Of a DNA stretch of 64,000 nt, positions 8,717 through 20,271 are shown one piece after another. The stretch is from Trueperaceae bacterium (GTDB taxonomy: Bacteria; Deinococcota; Deinococci; Deinococcales; Trueperaceae): contig JAXHNB010000006.1 of the NCBI GenBank assembly GCA_034520945.1, positions 576,001 through 640,000 on the forward strand, in the 5' to 3' direction. Position numbers and translations under genes: made by a program. The stretch's first letter is position 1. Each line of letters opens with the position of its first letter. Under the pieces are notes generated by a model. That model searched no databases, had not been told where the DNA came from, and saw only the letters and a list, made by a program, of their open reading frames with translations.

Positions 8717-9673
8717 TCACGCGTGCGGCTCCAACGAGGCGACGGTGCGCCGTACCCCGTCCGCGACCGTGAACGCCGCCGGGTAGCGCATCCGCGTCGG
8801 CCCGATCAGCGTCAGCCAGCCGCCGCGCCGCGCAATGGCCAGGTCGGCCTGGATCATCGCCACGTCCTCGTCGAAGGACAGGGCCAACGGCCCGAGCGAC
8901 GGGGTGGCGTGGCGACCCGCACCGCGCTCGAAGCGTTGGGCGGCGCGACGCAGGAATGCCGGGTCGCGCGCTTCCGGTTCCTCGCACAGCAGGCTGAAGC
9001 CGTGCGAAATCACCTCGGGGGGAAGCAGTCTGGGCCAGGAGTCCGCCAGCGCGTCCAACGTACGGCCCAACTCGTCCCCCACCTGGCGCGCCCGCAGGCG
9101 CAGTGCGGTGGGCACCTCCCCGAGCGGAACCGTGAGTTGGCGCAGGGTCCGTTCGGCGTCGTCCAGCACCTCTTCGTCCGGCGCCGGGTCCAACTTCACC
9201 ACCCACTGGCGCGTCATGCCGCCCTCCAGCACCGCGACCACCAACACGCGGTCCGTGGCCAAGGGGGTGAGGTGCAGTTCGAGGGCGTGGACGCTGTCGT
9301 GCGTCGCGACCTCGAGCACGACGGCGTACCCGGACAGGTCGGCCGCAAGGCCCGCCAACACCCGCAACAGCGCGGTGCCGTGAAGCCCCTGCAAGCGCTC
9401 CAGCAGATGGCGCTGCACGCCCGTGGCGAGCGGCTGCGGGGGAAGGTGGTGGTCGGCGTAGCGCCGGAAGCCCTCCGCGGTGGGGACGCGTCCCGCCGAG
9501 GTGTGCGGCTGGTGCAGCAGGCCCTCCTCTTCCAGCACACCGAACTCGCTGCGCACGGTGGCGCTGCTCAGCCCCAGCCGCTCGGCCACGTGCGCCGACG
9601 CCACCGGCCGGGCGGTGCGGATGTACGCCTCCGCGACCAGCTCGAGGATTTGGGCCTGACGTTCGTTCACCAC
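8717..9673 (-). CDS. hrcA: Heat-inducible transcription repressor HrcA
   Basis: ERQAQILELVAEAYIRTARPVAS, LSSATVRSE, QPHTSAGRVPT and C-terminal IGPTRMRY. Confidence 0.92.
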   Translation of the reverse strand: MVNERQAQILELVAEAYIRTARPVASAHVAERLGLSSATVRSEFGVLEEEGLLHQPHTSAGRVPTAEGFRRYADHHLPPQPLATGVQRHLLERLQGLHGTALLRVLAGLAADLSGYAVVLEVATHDSVHALELHLTPLATDRVLVVAVLEGGMTRQWVVKLDPAPDEEVLDDAERTLRQLTVPLGEVPTALRLRARQVGDELGRTLDALADSWPRLLPPEVISHGFSLLCEEPEARDPAFLRRAAQRFERGAGRHATPSLGPLALSFDEDVAMIQADLAIARRGGWLTLIGPTRMRYPAAFTVADGVRRTVASLEPHA

Positions 9674-9705
9674 ATGCTCAGGCTACCACCCAGGAGGCGC
9701 CGTCC

Positions 9706-10182
9706 TCAGGTGCACGGACCGGTCGCCTCCGCGCGTTCGACGATGCGGGCGGCCTCACCGGGGCCGACCGGCATCACGCTGAGCCGGTTGCCGCGGCGAA
9801 GCAGAAGGAGCGAGGCCAGCTCGGGGTCGCCCCGCATCTCGGCCAGGGTGACAGTGCGTGGAAACGGGCGCAGCGGCACCAGGTCGACCAGGTACCAGCG
9901 CGGCGCGTCCCGGGTGGCGGCGGGGTCGTAGTACCGGCCCTCGGGGTCGAACTGGGTCGGGTCGGGGTAGGGCGCCGAGGCCACCTCGGCCAGGCCGACC
10001 ACGCCCGGGGGCCGGACGTTGGAATGGTAGAAGAACACGCGGTCGCCGACGCGCATCTCGTCCCGCATGTAGTTGCGGGCCTGGTAGTTCCGCACCCCGT
10101 CCCAGGCGGTGCGCCCGTCCGCCTCCAGGTGGGGGTAGCCGTACGCGTCCGGTTCGCTCTTCATGAGCCAGTGTCGCGGCAT
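9706..10182 (-). CDS. EVE domain protein
   Basis: HWLMKSEP, WDGVRNYQARNYMR, GDRVFFYHS, PDPTQFDP, RLSVMPV. Confidence 0.93.
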   Translation of the reverse strand: MPRHWLMKSEPDAYGYPHLEADGRTAWDGVRNYQARNYMRDEMRVGDRVFFYHSNVRPPGVVGLAEVASAPYPDPTQFDPEGRYYDPAATRDAPRWYLVDLVPLRPFPRTVTLAEMRGDPELASLLLLRRGNRLSVMPVGPGEAARIVERAEATGPCT

Positions 10183-10208
10183 GCCCGCAGGATCGCACGG
10201 CGCGCACG

Positions 10209-11741
<1,533 letters not shown>

Positions 11742-11755
11742 GCGGAGCTCCGGGG

Positions 11756-12934
11756 TCAGGGCACGCGGCCGGGCGCGTCGCCGGCCGGTTCGAGGAACAG
11801 GGTGACCGTCCGCGCCGCCGGCACGTCGACGTGGACGGGGTCGCTGCGGCGCTCGCCGAACACGCCCGCCAGCGCCCAACGGCCCGCCCGGTCCAGGACG
11901 ACGCGGCGTGGGGCGCGGCCCAGCCGGGTGCCGGTGGTGAGGTCCGACCCAGCGGGCGCGTCCTGCACGACGATCTCCATGGGCGGTGCGCCGGCCGGGG
12001 CGACGCGGATGTCCAGCACGTAGGACTCGGCGCTCGGCGCGGGCGTGGCCGCGTCGTCGAGCAAGGGGAGGCCGAACAGGACCAACGCCGAGGTGGCGAC
12101 GACGATCAGGCCGGCCACGCCCCACGCGACGCGAACCGTGCGGCGGTTGGTGGGCGTCCGCTCGGCCTGCGCGTCGGGGTCGTAGCGGCCGGGTTTCAGG
12201 GCCGATCGGCGTTCGCCCTCGTGGTAGACGCCGCCGGGGGGGAGGTCCTTGACGAGCGTGCCTCTCGGCGGCGTGTCGTACGGCGTGGTGGGGGTGGGCC
12301 GCTCTCCTGCGGCGGGGGGCGCGTGGGCGGCGCGCAGCGCGGCGGCCAGCGTGGTGCCGTCCTTGGCGACGTCGCGGCGGCCCGCGGCGGCGTGCACGAG
12401 GACCTCCGCCATCGCTGGGGGCACCTCGGGCGCCGCCCCCCGAAGCGCTTCGCCCAGGGCGCGGACGTCGTCGTGGGGTTCGGGCGTCCGCCCGTCCGCG
12501 TGGCGCCATGGCACCCCGAACCCTTCCAAGAGGACGTCCCCGTCGTCGCCCCGCCACACGCGGTGCGGACCCAGGTCGCCGTGCACGATGCCGGCACCGT
12601 GCAACGCCGCCAAGGCGGATGCCAGGCCGTACACCTCGGAGGGGCTCAGCGGCGGCGATGGAAGGGGCGGGGGCGCATCGGCGGGGCCGAGCGGGGCGTA
12701 GCGTCTGGGGAGCGCGGTGACCAGCCGGGTCTCGTCCGGCGACGCGCCCGGAAGGAGGGCGAGGACGGCGGGCAGGTTGGGGTGCTCCAGGCGGTCGATG
12801 GGACCGCGCGCGCGGCCGCCGAACCGGTACATGCGCACGGTGGCACCGGTCTGGCGATCGACCGCCGCCTCGATCGTCACCTCCCCGCGCCGGCCCATGA
12901 CGTGGGTCCCGCTGAACCGGTCCTCGTGGTTCAC
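11756..12934 (-). CDS. Degenerate Ser/Thr kinase-like domain, one TM helix, extracytoplasmic PEGA-like beta domain
   Basis: [32 protein letters not shown] and DDVRALG remnants. TM segment [27 protein letters not shown] start at 12934 is inferred. Confidence 0.65.
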   Translation of the reverse strand: MNHEDRFSGTHVMGRRGEVTIEAAVDRQTGATVRMYRFGGRARGPIDRLEHPNLPAVLALLPGASPDETRLVTALPRRYAPLGPADAPPPLPSPPLSPSEVYGLASALAALHGAGIVHGDLGPHRVWRGDDGDVLLEGFGVPWRHADGRTPEPHDDVRALGEALRGAAPEVPPAMAEVLVHAAAGRRDVAKDGTTLAAALRAAHAPPAAGERPTPTTPYDTPPRGTLVKDLPPGGVYHEGERRSALKPGRYDPDAQAERTPTNRRTVRVAWGVAGLIVVATSALVLFGLPLLDDAATPAPSAESYVLDIRVAPAGAPPMEIVVQDAPAGSDLTTGTRLGRAPRRVVLDRAGRWALAGVFGERRSDPVHVDVPAARTVTLFLEPAGDAPGRVP

Positions 12935-13114
12935 GGCGCCGTCGCGGTCACGGGGGCGTCCAGGTCGGCGAACGGGGGCCTCACGTACGGAGCATACCCG
13001 TCGCTTCACCGGCGGACAAGGCGGGCCGTCGCCCGTCGCGTGCGTGCACGGCGCCGCCCGTCGCGTGTCGGCCACGGCGCGCGGGGCGCGCTGGCGCCCT
13101 GCTACGCTCTGCCC

Positions 13115-14167
13115 ATGGCGCTCACCGAAACGCGCGTCCTCGAGGCGCTAAAGACCGTCGACGATCCCGAGTTGCACCAGGATCTGGTGTCCCTCGGCAT
13201 GGTCGAGAACACCGTGATCGATGGCAGCACCGTGCACGTCAAGATCAACCTCACCACCCCCGCCTGTCCCATGAAGGGACGGATCGAGGCCGACGTCAAG
13301 GCCGCGTTGAACGCGCTGGAGGGCGTCGAGCGGGTGAACCTCGAGTTCGGCGCGCAGGTGCGCGACGGGGGCCAGGAGGCGCTGCCCGGCGTCAAGCACG
13401 TGATCGCCATCGGGTCCGGCAAGGGGGGCGTCGGCAAGTCCACGGTGGCGGCCAACCTCGCGGTCTCTCTGACGTTGGAGGGCGCCACCGTCGGCCTGCT
13501 GGACGCCGACATCTACGGCCCGTCGCAGGCGAAGATGTTCGCGGTCGAAGGAAAGCGTCTCATGGCGGACGATGACAAGAACATCATTCCGTTGCGCAAT
13601 CACGGCGTGAAGCTGATCTCGATCGCCAACCTCGTCGAGGACGGCCAAGCGTTGACCTGGCGCGGCCCGATCCTGCACGGCACGTTGACGCAGATGATCC
13701 AGCAGACGGTGTGGGGGGAGCTGGACTACCTGATCGTGGACCTCCCGCCCGGCACCGGCGACGTGCAGTTGTCGTTGGCGCAGTTGGCGACGGTGTCCGG
13801 CGGCGTGCTGGTCACCACCCCGCAGGAGATGTCGCTCTCGGACGTCAAACGCGCCTACACCATGATGCGCAAGACGCATATTCCGGTATTGGGCGTGATC
13901 GAGAACATGAGCTGGTACACCCTGCCGGACGGCACGCGCGACTACCTGTTCGGAGACGGCGGCGCCGGCCGCTGGGCGGAGCAGGAGCATGTCGCCCTGC
14001 TGGGACAGATCCCCATCTCGCGCGAGGTGCGGGAGAGCGGGGACGCGGGCACGCCGTTGGTGCTCAGCCACCCAGATAGCGAGCAGGCGCAGGCGCTGCG
14101 CAGTGCGGCGCGCGTGTTGGCGGGCCAGGTCTCGATTCAGGCCATGAACACCCTGCCGGTGGTGTGA
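13115..14167 (+). CDS. mrp: Mrp/ApbC Fe-S cluster carrier ATPase
   Basis: DPELHQDLVSLGM, LTTPACP, SGKGGVGKSTVA, DADIYGPS, DLPPGTGD, GVIENMS. Confidence 0.95.
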   Translation: MALTETRVLEALKTVDDPELHQDLVSLGMVENTVIDGSTVHVKINLTTPACPMKGRIEADVKAALNALEGVERVNLEFGAQVRDGGQEALPGVKHVIAIGSGKGGVGKSTVAANLAVSLTLEGATVGLLDADIYGPSQAKMFAVEGKRLMADDDKNIIPLRNHGVKLISIANLVEDGQALTWRGPILHGTLTQMIQQTVWGELDYLIVDLPPGTGDVQLSLAQLATVSGGVLVTTPQEMSLSDVKRAYTMMRKTHIPVLGVIENMSWYTLPDGTRDYLFGDGGAGRWAEQEHVALLGQIPISREVRESGDAGTPLVLSHPDSEQAQALRSAARVLAGQVSIQAMNTLPVV

Positions 14168-14319
14168 ACCGGCCGCGTGCAGCGCGGAGGCGCGTGCTAG
14201 ACTCCCCAACCGGACGCGCGAACGACCGGCGCGCCCCCGCGCGGTAGACGCTCCGGCCGCCGCTTCGTCCACGTGGACGGACCCGCCCGCGCCCGGGCCG
14301 GGTCCGCAGGGAGGATCCC

Positions 14320-16953
14320 ATGCCCGACGCGCCCACGCGACGCCCGCTCACAGACCTGCCCAAGAGCTACGATCCGCTCACGGCCGAGCGCCGTTGGGTC
14401 GAACGGTGGGTGCGCGAACCGTTCCGGGCCGATCCGGACAGCGACAAGCCGCCCTTCACCGTCGTGATCCCGCCCCCCAACGTCACCGGCAACCTGCACC
14501 TCGGGCACGCCTTCGACAACACGCTGATCGACACGCTCATCCGCTGGCGCCGCATGCAGGGGTACGAGGCGCTGTACCAGCCCGGTATGGACCATGCGGG
14601 CATCAGCACACAGGTCGTGGTCGAGCGTGCCCTCGAGGCGGAGGGCACCGACCGTCGTGCCCTGGGGCGCGAGGCGTTCCTCGAGCGCGTGTGGGCGTGG
14701 AAGGAACGCTATGGCGGCATCATCGAGAACCAGCTGACCCGCCTGGGCGTCAGCGCGGACTGGACCCGGAGCCGCTTCACCATGGACGAGGGGCTCTCCC
14801 GCGCGGTGCGGAAACAGTTCGTCGAGCTGTACCACCAAGGGCACGTCTACCGGGGCGAGCGGATCGTGAACTGGGACCCGCAGAGCCGCACCACGCTGTC
14901 CGACCTCGAGGTCGACCGTGAGGAGCGCCCCGGCGAACTGGTGACGCTCCGCTACGAGCTCGACGGCGGGGGCGAGCTGCCCATCGCCACGGTGCGCCCC
15001 GAGACGATCTTCGCCGATCAGGCCGTCGCCGTGCACCCCAGCGACGAGCGCTACGCCCACCTGGCAGGGGCCCGGGTCCGGATTCCCCTCACCGACCGCT
15101 GGGTGCCGGTGATCCACGACGAGGCGGTGGAGCCCGAGTTCGGAACCGGGGCGCTCAAGATCACCCCCGCCCACGACGCGACCGACTTCGAGATCGGGGA
15201 GCGCCACGGCTTGGACCGCCCCAGCGTGATCGACCTGGACGCGCGCTTGACGGGCGAGTTGGTGCCGGCCCGCTTCCGCGGCATGGAACGGTTCGAGGCC
15301 CGGGCGGCCGTGGTGGAGGCGGCCGAGGCGGAAGGGACGTTGGCGGGCCGGGAGCCGTACACGGTGCCGATCGGCCTGTCGCAGCGGACCAAGGTCCCGG
15401 TCGAGCCGATGCTGTCGCTGCAGTGGTTCTACGACGCCTCCATCATCGCTCGGCGCGTGCTGGAGGGCCTGGACGCCCAAGAGATCCGGGTCGTGCCGGA
15501 ACGCTACGCCAAGGTGAACCGGGACTGGCTGGAGAACCTGCGGCCGTGGAACATCAGCCGGCAACTGTGGTGGGGCCACCGCATCCCCGCCTGGTACGAC
15601 GAGGACGGGGGCGTGCACGTGCCGACGCCGGACGACCCGTTCACCGACCCGACCGAGCGTCCCGAGAACGAAGGCAAGACCCTCACCCAAGATCCCGACG
15701 TGTTCGACACCTGGTTCTCCAGCAACCTGTGGCCGTTCTCGACGCTGGGGTGGCCCGACGTCGGCGACCCCTTCTACCAGCGCTTCTACCCCACCGACGT
15801 GCTGGTGACGGGGTACGACATCCTGTTCTTCTGGGTGGCCCGCATGGAGATGGCCGGGTATCACTTCACCGGCCGTGCCCCGTTCTCGCACGTGATGTTG
15901 CACGGCCTCATCCTCGACCAGGACGGCCAGAAGATGTCGAAGTCGAAGGGCAACGGCGTCGACCCGCTCGACGTGGTCGAGGAGAGCGGCGCCGACGCCC
16001 TGCGCTTCGCGATGACGTACGCCTCGACCGGTGGTCAGGACATCCGCTGGGATCCGCGGCGCGTCGACATGGGGCGCACCTTCACCAACAAGTTGTGGAA
16101 CGCCGCGCGGTTCGCCTTCCTGAACCTGGACGGGCCCGAGGACGCGGGCCCCCCCGAACGGCTGGCGGATCGCTGGATCCTGGCGCGACTGGCGCGCGCC
16201 ACGCGGACCATGACGGAGCGGATGGAGGCGTTCGACCTCGGCGGGGCCAACCGTGCCGCGTACGAGTTCGTGTGGAGCGAGTTCTGCGACTGGTACGTCG
16301 AGGCGGCCAAGCCCGCGCTGCAGGCGGGGGATCCGCGGACGCGCCACGTTCTGCGCGTCGCGCTGGAGGGCATCCTGAGGCTGTTGCATCCCCTGCTGCC
16401 CTTCGTGACCAGCGAATTGTGGGAGGCGCTGGGGCACGAGGGGCAGGTGGCATGGGCGGCCTGGCCCAGCGACCGCGAGGACGGCCGCGACGACGCTGAG
16501 GCCGAACGTGACTTTGCGCGCCTGCAGGCGGCCGTGGGGGCCGTCCGGGCGTTGCGGGCCCAGGCGGACATGCCGCCGAATCGGTCGGTGCCCGTCCACC
16601 CGGACGGAGACGCGGCCGACCTGCTGCACGGCCAGGCCGAGGTGGTGGCGGCGCTGGCCCGCGCGGAGCTCCGGACGGGAGAGCCGGCCGGCGCCAGCCT
16701 TCGCCAGGTCCTGCCCGACGTCACCTTGCGCCTGCCGCTCGAAGGCCTGATCGACGTGGATGCGTGGCGCGCCCGGCAGGAGCAGCGCTTGGAGGGCCTC
16801 CGCAAGGATCGTGACAAGAGCGCGCGCAAGCTGGACAACGAAAAGTTCGTCGCCAACGCGCCGGACGCGGTCGTCGCCGAGGAGCGCCGCCGGCTGGAGG
16901 AGGCGGACGCCATGATCGAGGGGATCGAGCGGAACCTGGCGCAGCTGGGGTGA
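14320..16953 (+). CDS. valS: Valine--tRNA ligase
   Basis: PPPNVTGNLHLGH (HIGH), WNISRQLWWGHRIP, KMSKS, C-terminal coiled coil (FVANAPDAVV). AGGGAGG SD. Confidence 0.98.
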   Translation: MPDAPTRRPLTDLPKSYDPLTAERRWVERWVREPFRADPDSDKPPFTVVIPPPNVTGNLHLGHAFDNTLIDTLIRWRRMQGYEALYQPGMDHAGISTQVVVERALEAEGTDRRALGREAFLERVWAWKERYGGIIENQLTRLGVSADWTRSRFTMDEGLSRAVRKQFVELYHQGHVYRGERIVNWDPQSRTTLSDLEVDREERPGELVTLRYELDGGGELPIATVRPETIFADQAVAVHPSDERYAHLAGARVRIPLTDRWVPVIHDEAVEPEFGTGALKITPAHDATDFEIGERHGLDRPSVIDLDARLTGELVPARFRGMERFEARAAVVEAAEAEGTLAGREPYTVPIGLSQRTKVPVEPMLSLQWFYDASIIARRVLEGLDAQEIRVVPERYAKVNRDWLENLRPWNISRQLWWGHRIPAWYDEDGGVHVPTPDDPFTDPTERPENEGKTLTQDPDVFDTWFSSNLWPFSTLGWPDVGDPFYQRFYPTDVLVTGYDILFFWVARMEMAGYHFTGRAPFSHVMLHGLILDQDGQKMSKSKGNGVDPLDVVEESGADALRFAMTYASTGGQDIRWDPRRVDMGRTFTNKLWNAARFAFLNLDGPEDAGPPERLADRWILARLARATRTMTERMEAFDLGGANRAAYEFVWSEFCDWYVEAAKPALQAGDPRTRHVLRVALEGILRLLHPLLPFVTSELWEALGHEGQVAWAAWPSDREDGRDDAEAERDFARLQAAVGAVRALRAQADMPPNRSVPVHPDGDAADLLHGQAEVVAALARAELRTGEPAGASLRQVLPDVTLRLPLEGLIDVDAWRARQEQRLEGLRKDRDKSARKLDNEKFVANAPDAVVAEERRRLEEADAMIEGIERNLAQLG

Positions 16954-16980
16954 GGCCCAGGGCCGGGCGGCGGCGTCGGC

Positions 16981-18796
16981 TCAACCGTGCAACGGGAAGA
17001 ACACCGGCACCACCAGCAGCGTCGCGGCCAGCATCAGCACCACGATCGGCAGGCCGACCTTGAGGAAGTCCCGGAACCGGTAGCGACCCGGGGTCAGCAC
17101 CAGCGCGTTGACCGGCGAGGCGACCGGCGTCGCGAACGCGGTCGAGGCGGCCACGGCGATCGCCATCAGCATCGCCTCGGGCGACACGCCGAGATCGCGC
17201 GCTGCCGCGAACGCGATCGGGGCCAGCAACACGGTGGTGGCGGTGTTCGAGATGACCTGACTGAACGCGGAGGTGAGCAGGAACAGCGCCGCCATCACCA
17301 GCAGCGGCCCAGCGCCGCCCAGCGCCCCGACCAGAGCGCCGACGACCGCGTCCAGGCCACCGCTGACCTCGAGCGCCGTCGACATCGGCAGGATCGCGGC
17401 GATCAGCACCACCGACTCCCAGTGGATCGCTTCGTACGCGCCCTCCATGCTCAGCGCGCCGCTCACGACCATCGCCACGGCCGCCGCCAGCACCGCGATG
17501 GCGTTAGGCAGAAGCCCGAACGTCATCGAGATCAGCAACATCGCCAGGATCCCCAGCGCCCACGGTGCCCGGCGCGTATCGCGCGTGAACCGTTCCCACT
17601 CGCGGGGCGCGCCCACCTTGATCAGCTCGCCTTCGGCGGAGGCGACCCTGCGCTGCGCGTCGGGCCCGCCGGCCAAGAGCAGCACGTCGCCCGGCTCCAC
17701 GCGGCGGTCCGCCAAGTTGCCGTGCATGATCCGGTCGCCCCGCCGGATCGCCACCACGGTCGCGCGCGTGCGGTCGCGCAACCAATCCCTCCCGCAAGGT
17801 GCGGCGGGCGAAGGGGGAACGGGGCGGCACCACCGTTTCCATCAGCATCAGGGGGTCGGGAAGGGGCATGCGGGGTTCGTCTGCCAGGCGCGCCCCCGTC
17901 TCCGTCAGGAGCGCCTCCAGATCCTCGCGGTCGGCGATCACGGACAGCGTGTCGTGGGCGCGGACCAACGTGGACGGTTCCGCCCGTCGCACGGTTCGGC
18001 CGTCCTGCGTTTCGGTCTCGACCGCCAGCACGGTGACCCCGAAGCGGCGTCGTAGCTGCGTCTCGGCCAGCGTCCGCCCCGCCAGCGACGAGCCGAACGG
18101 CACCTCCACGGCGTGCAGGCGAGCCTGCAGCCCGTAGCTGGAGGCCAGTTCGGTCAGGCTCGGCGCCGCCTGGAGGTCGGTCTCATCGTGGGAGGGAAGC
18201 AGGTGGCGACCGATGACGACCATGTACGCGACGCCCAGCACCAGCATGGTCGCGCCCACCGGCGTGAACGCGAAGAAGGCGAACGGTTCGCGGCCCATCG
18301 CGCGTAGCTGATCGGACACCACCAGGTTGGGCGGGGTGCCGATCAGGGTGAGCATCCCCCCGAGCAGGCTGCCGAACGCCAGCGGCATCAACAGGCGCGA
18401 CGGCGCCAGGCCGGCACGGCGCGCCAGGCCCACGACGACCGGCAGCAGCACAGCGACCGTCCCGGTGGAGGAGAGGAACGCCGACAGCACGGCGCTGACC
18501 AGCATGGTGGCCACCAGCAATCGCACCGGCCCGCGCCCCGCCAATCGGCTCAGCAGGTCGCCCAGCCGATCGGCGACCCCGGTGCGGAACAGCCCGGCGC
18601 CGACCACGAACAGGCCCGCGATCATCAGCGTGATGGGTTCTGCGAACCCAGCCAGCGCCTGCGCCGGCGAAAGGATGCCGGTCACCGCCAACGCCAGCAT
18701 CGCCAGCAGCGCCACCAGGTCCAGGCGGAAACGGTCGCTCGCGAAGGCGGCGACGGTGAGCGCCAGGATGACGAACACCAGCACCGCCCCACTCAC
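16981..18796 (-). pseudogene. SLC13/CitMHS-type permease with TrkA-C domains, split by a frameshift near 17785
   Basis: The N-terminal half (LSAFLSSTG, GGMLTLIGTPPNLVV) and C-terminal half (RATVVAIRRG, SQVISNTAT, FATPVASPVN, GRYRFRDF) are in different frames. Joined, they give about 604 codons. Confidence 0.85.
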
Positions 18797-19395
18797 GGCT
18801 CGCCCTCGCCGGGATCATTGGCCGGCGTCGCCGGCGCGGGATCACGGAGGTCCAAGCCGTTGACCGCGTTGGCCGCGGCCGTCGGCCCCTCGCGGACGAT
18901 GCGGTCGACCACGTCCGCGCCGGTCTCCGCCACCGCGCGGACGCGTTCGGCCTCGTCCTCCCGAAAGCGCGACAACACCCAGTGTTCGACCGTCCACTGC
19001 GGTGGCGGGCGGTCGATGCCGATCTTGAGGCGTGCGAATGCGGGCCCGAGTCTGTCGATCACGTCGCGAACGCCCCTCTGGCCGCCGGCCCCGCCGCCGA
19101 CGCGAACGCGCAGGCGACCGAGCGGGAGGTCGATGTCGTCGTGAATGACCAGGATTTCGGCGGGTGGGATCGAGTGCCGGGCCGCGGCCGCCTGCACGGC
19201 CTTGCCGGACAGGTTCATGAACGTGTTCGGCTTCAGCAGCCGCAGGTCGTGGGCGCGCGCTTCCGCGCCGTACCTGCGGTCACGGAACGTCGCCCCGTGC
19301 CGCTGGGCGTACGCATCCAACACGAGGAACCCGGCGTTGTGCCGGGTTCCCGCGTAGCGGGGGCCGGGGTTGCCCAGCCCCACCACCAGTCGCAC
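18793..19395 (-). CDS. pth: Peptidyl-tRNA hydrolase
   Basis: LVVGLGNPG, TRHNAGF, KPNTFMNLSG, HDDIDLPLGRLR. Confidence 0.96.
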   Translation of the reverse strand: MRLVVGLGNPGPRYAGTRHNAGFLVLDAYAQRHGATFRDRRYGAEARAHDLRLLKPNTFMNLSGKAVQAAAARHSIPPAEILVIHDDIDLPLGRLRVRVGGGAGGQRGVRDVIDRLGPAFARLKIGIDRPPPQWTVEHWVLSRFREDEAERVRAVAETGADVVDRIVREGPTAAANAVNGLDLRDPAPATPANDPGEGEP

Positions 19396-19409
19396 GGAGG
19401 CGCCTCCGC

Positions 19410-20075
19410 TCAGTCTTCCTCGTCGGCGTCGCCGCCGCGCTTTGCGTCCTCGTCGCCTTCGCCTTCCTCGTCCTCGCCGCCGCGGCCGATGACTTCGGGT
19501 TCGGCTTCCTCGTCCTCGGACGGTTCGGGCTCCTCTTCGACGCGCGGCGCCAGCACCGTCACCAGCGTCAACCCTTCGTCGTCCAGCAGCTCGGCGGTTT
19601 CGGGAAGCTGCGACACGACGTCCGCGATGTGCACGCTGTCCCCGATCTCCAGCGCGGTGATGTCGACGGTGAGTTCGTGCGGGATCTCGCTCGGCAGGAC
19701 GTAGATGCCGACCTCGCGGCGCTGCACGTCCAACTGGCCGCCCTCGTTCTGACCCTGCGACGTGCCTTCGAAGTGGACCGGGACGTACACCTCGAGCTTC
19801 TGGCCCTTGGTGATGGCGTAGAAGTCGATGTGCACCGGTACGCGGCGGCGCTTGTCCATCTGCACCTCGCGCACCAAAACCTGATGGGCGTCCCCCTCGA
19901 CGTCGAGGTCGATGAGGCTGGAGGTGCCCTGCTCGCGGAACACCTTGTCGAACGCCTTGGTGTCGATGGCGACGCTCACGTTGAACTGCTGGTTGTACAC
20001 GACCGCCGGCAGGCGCCCGTCGGCCCGGAGGCTGCGGTTGTTGCCGGGGGTGCGCTTGGTCGCTGCGAGTTTCAT
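19410..20075 (-). CDS. rplY: 50S ribosomal protein L25 / general stress protein Ctc
   Basis: LRADGRLPAVVY, HIDFY, VDITALEIGDSVHIAD, acidic tail. AGGAGG SD. Confidence 0.95.
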   Translation of the reverse strand: MKLAATKRTPGNNRSLRADGRLPAVVYNQQFNVSVAIDTKAFDKVFREQGTSSLIDLDVEGDAHQVLVREVQMDKRRRVPVHIDFYAITKGQKLEVYVPVHFEGTSQGQNEGGQLDVQRREVGIYVLPSEIPHELTVDITALEIGDSVHIADVVSQLPETAELLDDEGLTLVTVLAPRVEEEPEPSEDEEAEPEVIGRGGEDEEGEGDEDAKRGGDADEED

Positions 20076-20271
20076 CGGTCCTCCTGGGGGCGTGCGTTCC
20101 TGCCGCGCGCCAGAATCGTCGTCGGTCGGGCCCGTCCGCGCGCGTGGGGCCCGCTGGGCCTGCCGGCGCGTCGGCGCGAGGCGCACTGCAACGTACGAGG
20201 ATACTCTCTGGCGGGCCCCGCTGGCAAGCATCCGCGGTGGCGAGGGCCCGGCCGGCGTGCCGGGCCCACCC

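Noticed and set aside
13030..13068. Short direct repeat cgcccgtcgcgtg x2 in the pseudokinase/mrp intergenic region
   Set aside because: Only two copies of a short GC-rich word. It is not a CRISPR array and is plausible by chance.
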